Assembly: GCA_048940925.1 (NCBI GenBank)
Contig: JBHLOC010000011.1
Coordinates: 38,453-102,452 of the forward strand
Direction: 5' to 3'
DNA length: 64,000 nt
From: Promethearchaeota archaeon
GTDB taxonomy: Archaea; Asgardarchaeota; Lokiarchaeia; Sigyniarchaeales; SOKP01
The position numbers and the translations under genes were made by a program. Positions 59,800-64,000 of the stretch are shown here, one piece after another (within the stretch, counting starts at the first letter, position 1; each line of letters begins with the position of its first letter). Below the pieces are notes generated by a model, which searched no databases, was not told the origin of the DNA, and worked only from the letters and a program-made list of their open reading frames with translations.

Positions 59800-61056
59800 T
59801 TAATTTTCAGGTATTGCGAATTCAAATTCCTTATCATAATCAATATGCCTTAAACTAGTAAAAAAATAGGATAATATTCCAATAATAATTCCAATAATGG
59901 CACAATATAAATATAGATTGGTTAATCCGAATAATATACTTAGTGGTCCTGATATAATTGCACCTAAAGGTGATATCACCATCGAAAGCGTAATAATTAT
60001 AGAAGAAACTCTTCCAAACTTGTCTTTTGGAATTACAGTTTGAAATATGGTCTGAGCAATTGAATTTATGATAGGTAAAACAACTCCAAGCATAAATGCT
60101 CCAATACTTATAATAATAAATGAACCATTTGGAGCCAATGCATATATTAAATAGCCAAGATTCACTATCATTAAACCAGTGAATATTACGCTAATTTTAT
60201 TTTTCCAACTCTTTTTAATGGAAGTAATTACAGCGCCTAAAAGTGAAGAAGCAGGTATAATCATTTCCATTAAGCCCAAGATAAACACAGTCCCACCATG
60301 TTTATTCAGAATATAAAAAGGCATCAATACAAATAAGGGTTGAAGAAAAAAGTTGACCAACATGGCTATGACCAAAAGCACTAAAAGTCCTGGAATTACT
60401 CTGAGTGTCTTAAAACCTAATTTAAAATCCTTTAAGAAAGAATTTTTCTCTGGGGCTTCCGTAAGCTCAGTAACAATAGGAATTTTAATCAGTAGCAAGG
60501 GCACTAAGGCAATAAGAAATGTGATTACATCTACCCAAAGAATATATTGAATGTGAAAAAATATTAAGAGAGTTGCTCCAACAGGTGCACCTATTATTTG
60601 AATAAGCCCCGAAAATAGGAAATCAAGCCCATTCATTCTACTTAATTTATCTTTCGGAACCATTGTAGGTACTATTGCCATTACTGCAGGGGAATGAAAT
60701 GCTTGACAGGAACTTCGAAGAGAGATAAATAAAAAGATAATTATTATATTGATCAAATTGAGAGCAAAACACCCAATTAGAATAATTGTTAAAAATGCCT
60801 GCGTGGAATCAACGATTATTATAATTTTCTTACGATTATACCTATCCGTAAATACTCCTGCAATTGGGGCTATAATTAGTGTCGGAAACATGAAAAAGAA
60901 ATTTGCTAGTGATAACATTAAAAGACTACCCGTTTCAAGGGTAATCCATACAATTATGACAAACTGGACAATTAACGAACCTAATATTGAAACTAACTGC
61001 CCTGACCAGAAAAATAAATAACTCCGAAAAGTATTTTTTTCTACTAACTCTTCCAC
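59800..61056 (-). CDS. MFS efflux transporter (MefA/DHA3-like), paralogue 3
   Basis: FWSGQLVS..GS, DRYNRK, PTMVPKDKLSR.NG, GRV. Confidence 0.9.
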   Translation of the reverse strand: MEELVEKNTFRSYLFFWSGQLVSILGSLIVQFVIIVWITLETGSLLMLSLANFFFMFPTLIIAPIAGVFTDRYNRKKIIIIVDSTQAFLTIILIGCFALNLINIIIIFLFISLRSSCQAFHSPAVMAIVPTMVPKDKLSRMNGLDFLFSGLIQIIGAPVGATLLIFFHIQYILWVDVITFLIALVPLLLIKIPIVTELTEAPEKNSFLKDFKLGFKTLRVIPGLLVLLVIAMLVNFFLQPLFVLMPFYILNKHGGTVFILGLMEMIIPASSLLGAVITSIKKSWKNKISVIFTGLMIVNLGYLIYALAPNGSFIIISIGAFMLGVVLPIINSIAQTIFQTVIPKDKFGRVSSIIITLSMVISPLGAIISGPLSILFGLTNLYLYCAIIGIIIGILSYFFTSLRHIDYDKEFEFAIPEN

Positions 61057-61080
61057 TTTTAATCCATCTTTTTAACTTCT

Positions 61081-62370
61081 TTAATCTGTTGAATTTTGTT
61101 TTACCTCTTCAATATATTTATCATAATCTACATGTCGAATTCCAGTAAATAGGTAAAGCGAAACTGTGATGATAATAATCGCTAAAGCACTAAAAAAGAA
61201 TAAATTATGAATTCCAATTAATTCAGCTATAGGTCCTGCTAAGATCGTAGCAAGAGGAGTAATGACCATAGAAAGAGTGTTATCAATCGATGTTACCCTC
61301 CCTAACTTATTGTGGGGTACAGTAGTTTGCAAAATTGTCTGATATATAGTATTTATGATTGGTAATACAAATCCCATTATCATTAATACAATCCCAATAT
61401 AAAAGAAGAATCCAATAGGAGCATACGCTAAAAATGCATACCCCACTCCTGCAATCCCAATCCCGATAAATGAGACTACAATTTTATGTTTCCATTCTCT
61501 TTTTATAGAAGTAAAGAATGCTCCAACCATTACACCTGCTTGTAGAAATATTACAACTAATGCATACTCAATTACGCCCCCACCATGTATAGTATATATA
61601 AAATATGGTAATAAAGTCCCTAATGGTTGTATGAAAAAATTTACAAGCATCCCCATAAAAAGAAGAATTATCAAACCAGGGATTGCCTTTAAAATAACTA
61701 TCCCTTCTTTGAAATCTTTTATGAAATAACTTTTTTCTTTTACCTTCTTTTCTTCTCTTATTACTGGTATACTAATTAAGAGTAAAGGAATAAGTGCGAT
61801 GAAAAATGTAATTACATCAACCCATAAAATTTCTCCAATAGTAAAGAACTGTAGTAGTAAAGCTCCTATTCCTGGACCAAGTAATTGTACTAATCCAATA
61901 AATAAATAGGTTATACCATTTATTCTACTTAGTTTATCTTTCGGAACCATTGAAGGGACAATCGCAGCTACTGTCGGTTGATGGAATGCTTGAAATATAC
62001 TTCTTATTCCGATAAACATGAAGATTATCCAAATATTTACTGCATCGAATATAAAAAATAAAATAAGAATAAAAGTGGTAAATGCTTGCAATGAGTCCGC
62101 TGTCAGAATAATACTTTTACGTTTCCACTTATCTGATAACACTCCTGCGATTGGCATAAATAATATTATTGGTAAAAAATAAAAAAATTGACCTAAAGAC
62201 AGAAATGTGGGACTCTCCGTCTCTATTTCTATCCACCATACCAATATAAAATGAACGACCATCGATCCTAATAAAGAAAATAACTGCCCGCCCCAAAAAA
62301 ACAAATAGTTTCTAAAACTTTTTCGTGTTGGCTCTACATCCAATTTATATCCCTTTGGCTCTACATCCAT
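61081..62370 (-). CDS. MFS efflux transporter (MefA/DHA3-like), paralogue 2
   Basis: Same motifs as its neighbours. Confidence 0.9.
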   Translation of the reverse strand: MDVEPKGYKLDVEPTRKSFRNYLFFWGGQLFSLLGSMVVHFILVWWIEIETESPTFLSLGQFFYFLPIILFMPIAGVLSDKWKRKSIILTADSLQAFTTFILILFFIFDAVNIWIIFMFIGIRSIFQAFHQPTVAAIVPSMVPKDKLSRINGITYLFIGLVQLLGPGIGALLLQFFTIGEILWVDVITFFIALIPLLLISIPVIREEKKVKEKSYFIKDFKEGIVILKAIPGLIILLFMGMLVNFFIQPLGTLLPYFIYTIHGGGVIEYALVVIFLQAGVMVGAFFTSIKREWKHKIVVSFIGIGIAGVGYAFLAYAPIGFFFYIGIVLMIMGFVLPIINTIYQTILQTTVPHNKLGRVTSIDNTLSMVITPLATILAGPIAELIGIHNLFFFSALAIIIITVSLYLFTGIRHVDYDKYIEEVKQNSTD

Positions 62371-62381
62371 TTTATATCCCT
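62328..62381. repeat. 27-bp tandem duplication spanning the start codon of MFS paralogue 2
   Basis: ttggctctacatccaatttatatccct / ttggctctacatccattttatatccct (26/27); gives MDVEPKGYK-LDVEP. Confidence 0.9.
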
Positions 62382-62446
62382 TAATCTCTAAAACTTTAAA
62401 TGAAATTAGAAAAGATTTGATAATAATTGGTTTTTATGCATTCTTT

Positions 62447-63739
62447 TCAGTCTACATTAATTTTATTAATTTTGTCAGTTATAGCCGCAAGCTCAAACTT
62501 ATCATCATAATTTATACGGCGGATTCTCGTAAAACGCCAAGTCAAAAATGTAATTATCACACCTATAAACGCACTATAAATAAACAAATTTTGCACTCCC
62601 ATAAGTTCAGCTAAAGGTCCAGATATTAGTGTTCCAATTGGAAATATTGCCATTGATAATGATTGATCAACAGAGGTCACCCTCCCCATTTTATCAGGCG
62701 GAACTACTGTTTGGATAATTGTCATGTAAATAGTATTAACTATAGGCAACATCATTCCAGTGATAATTGTTACCCCCGCCATTAATAAAAAGAATCCCGT
62801 TGGCGCAAATCCTAAAACTGATAATGTACCCATTACAATTATTAATCCTGAAAAATAGACCAGAATTTTATGTTTCCAAGTTTTTTTCAATGTAGTTATT
62901 ACCCCTCCGAGTATCATACCTATATTTATTCCTACCATAATAAGGGCTAAATCTGAAGCAGTTCCCCCATGTGTAACATTTACAAAGTAAGGAAGCAATA
63001 CATTAACTGGTGTAACTAAAAAATTAAGCAACATAGACAAAAGTATAAGTGTAATTAATCCTGGTATCAATTTGATTGTAAACATTCCCTCCTTGAATTC
63101 TTTCCTAAATGACAATTTTTCCACTAACTCTGTCTCAGATATGTTTCTTACAATTGGAATTTTAATTAATAACAATGGGATTATCCCAATAATGAAAGTG
63201 AGTACATCCACCCAAAGAATTAATTTAATCGGAAAGAATGCAAACAAGACCGCACCTATTACAGGTCCTATCAATTGGATTAAACTTGTAAATAAGTAAC
63301 TAATCCCATTTATCCTACTTAGCTTATCTTTAGGCACCATTGATGGCATGACTGCTGATACCGTGGGTTGGTGAAACGCTTGACATATGCCTCTTAAACT
63401 ATTTATCATGATAATAACTAAAGGATTAGCATTATTTGAATAAAATTGCACTATAATCCAAACTGTAACTAATGCCTGTAAAGAATCTGCAGTAAAAATT
63501 ATAGTCTTTCGATTCAATCTGTCTGTAAGCACTCCAGCAAATGGCATAATAAATACCATCGGAAAAAAATATAAAAACGTGCCTAATGATAGATAAAGCG
63601 CACTTCCCGTAACTACTGTTACCCACCAGGTAATAACAAATTGAACTATTAATGATCCCATTAATGAAAATAACTGCCCTGACCAAAAAAATAGATATCT
63701 TCTAAATGTGCTTTGGTTTGCTAACTCTTCCATTTTCAA
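62447..63739 (-). CDS. MFS efflux transporter (MefA/DHA3-like), paralogue 1
   Basis: Same motifs; true start probably MEELAN. Confidence 0.9.
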   Translation of the reverse strand: MKMEELANQSTFRRYLFFWSGQLFSLMGSLIVQFVITWWVTVVTGSALYLSLGTFLYFFPMVFIMPFAGVLTDRLNRKTIIFTADSLQALVTVWIIVQFYSNNANPLVIIMINSLRGICQAFHQPTVSAVMPSMVPKDKLSRINGISYLFTSLIQLIGPVIGAVLFAFFPIKLILWVDVLTFIIGIIPLLLIKIPIVRNISETELVEKLSFRKEFKEGMFTIKLIPGLITLILLSMLLNFLVTPVNVLLPYFVNVTHGGTASDLALIMVGINIGMILGGVITTLKKTWKHKILVYFSGLIIVMGTLSVLGFAPTGFFLLMAGVTIITGMMLPIVNTIYMTIIQTVVPPDKMGRVTSVDQSLSMAIFPIGTLISGPLAELMGVQNLFIYSAFIGVIITFLTWRFTRIRRINYDDKFELAAITDKINKINVD

Positions 63740-63802
63740 TCCCCTAATCTCCTAATTTCATATTCCTTCCTGTTTTTTAAACTATTCTTTTTTTATAATA
63801 CG

Positions 63803-64000
63803 TTAAGATTGGTCTATCTTCCATTTACCTTCTTCATAAAAAACTTTACCATCTGCAATTAGTTTGGATCCTGATACTTTCATGTCTTTTAAAATATCCC
63901 AGTGAATTGATGAAATATTCTCAGAACCACATTCTTCAAAACCAGTGCCAAGAGCACAATGTATTGTACCTCCTATTTTTTCATCAAAAAGCATGTTTTT
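63803..64000 (-). CDS. M29 (AmpS/aminopeptidase II) metallo-aminopeptidase, C-terminal part only
   Basis: LFDEKIGGTIHCALG...SSIHWD; 5' part lies outside the window. Confidence 0.88.
   Translation of the reverse strand, partial: KNMLFDEKIGGTIHCALGTGFEECGSENISSIHWDILKDMKVSGSKLIADGKVFYEEGKWKIDQS

Noticed and set aside
232-63686. Short ORF-track entries antisense to or nested in long genes (e.g. 232-507, 8002-8451, 10226-10687, 21379-21633, 34605-35018, 44136-44477, 48626-49048, 52728-52934, 60353-61021)
   Set aside because: Shadow ORFs overlapping well-supported genes or lacking any motif.
1-64000. CRISPR arrays, tRNA/rRNA genes, IS elements, integrases
   Set aside because: No regularly spaced repeats, no GC-rich structured RNA-like segment, and no transposase or recombinase motifs seen by eye; a covariance-model scan was not run.

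Overview
AT-rich archaeal chromosomal window, most likely Asgard (Lokiarchaeia-like). Indicators are roadblock/LC7 proteins (one close to eukaryotic dynein light chain roadblock), TPR+RING paralogues, a vWA+zinc-finger protein, a PGY-TM C-terminal sorting signal on a beta-helix surface protein, an archaeal MetRS and GGTGA/GGAGG Shine-Dalgarno motifs. No rRNA, tRNA, CRISPR array, transposase or integrase was recognised. The main feature is a ~10 kb co-oriented cluster (18880-28758) divergent from an Lrp/AsnC regulator: tusA-dsrEFH-dsrE2-hdrCBA-mvhD, an MvhG-like protein fused to an apparently vestigial Ni-free hydrogenase large-subunit fragment, an FrhB protein with a whole GltD/NfnB-type flavoprotein inserted in it, and a second tusA. 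This suggests a hydrogenase-less, F420/NAD(H)-linked heterodisulfide reductase coupled to a persulfide relay. Second, three accessory gene blocks are each bracketed by an intact gene 3' end and a diverged copy of that same 3' end, with no integrase in the window. Third, several genes seem to start at near-cognate codons (ACG, ATC, ATA). Other points of interest: a divergent RtcB-like protein, an Ssl1/p44-like protein, a glycyl radical enzyme with an atypical KVGGY motif and a 41-aa zinc-finger microprotein. All assignments come from motif recognition by eye; no searches were run.
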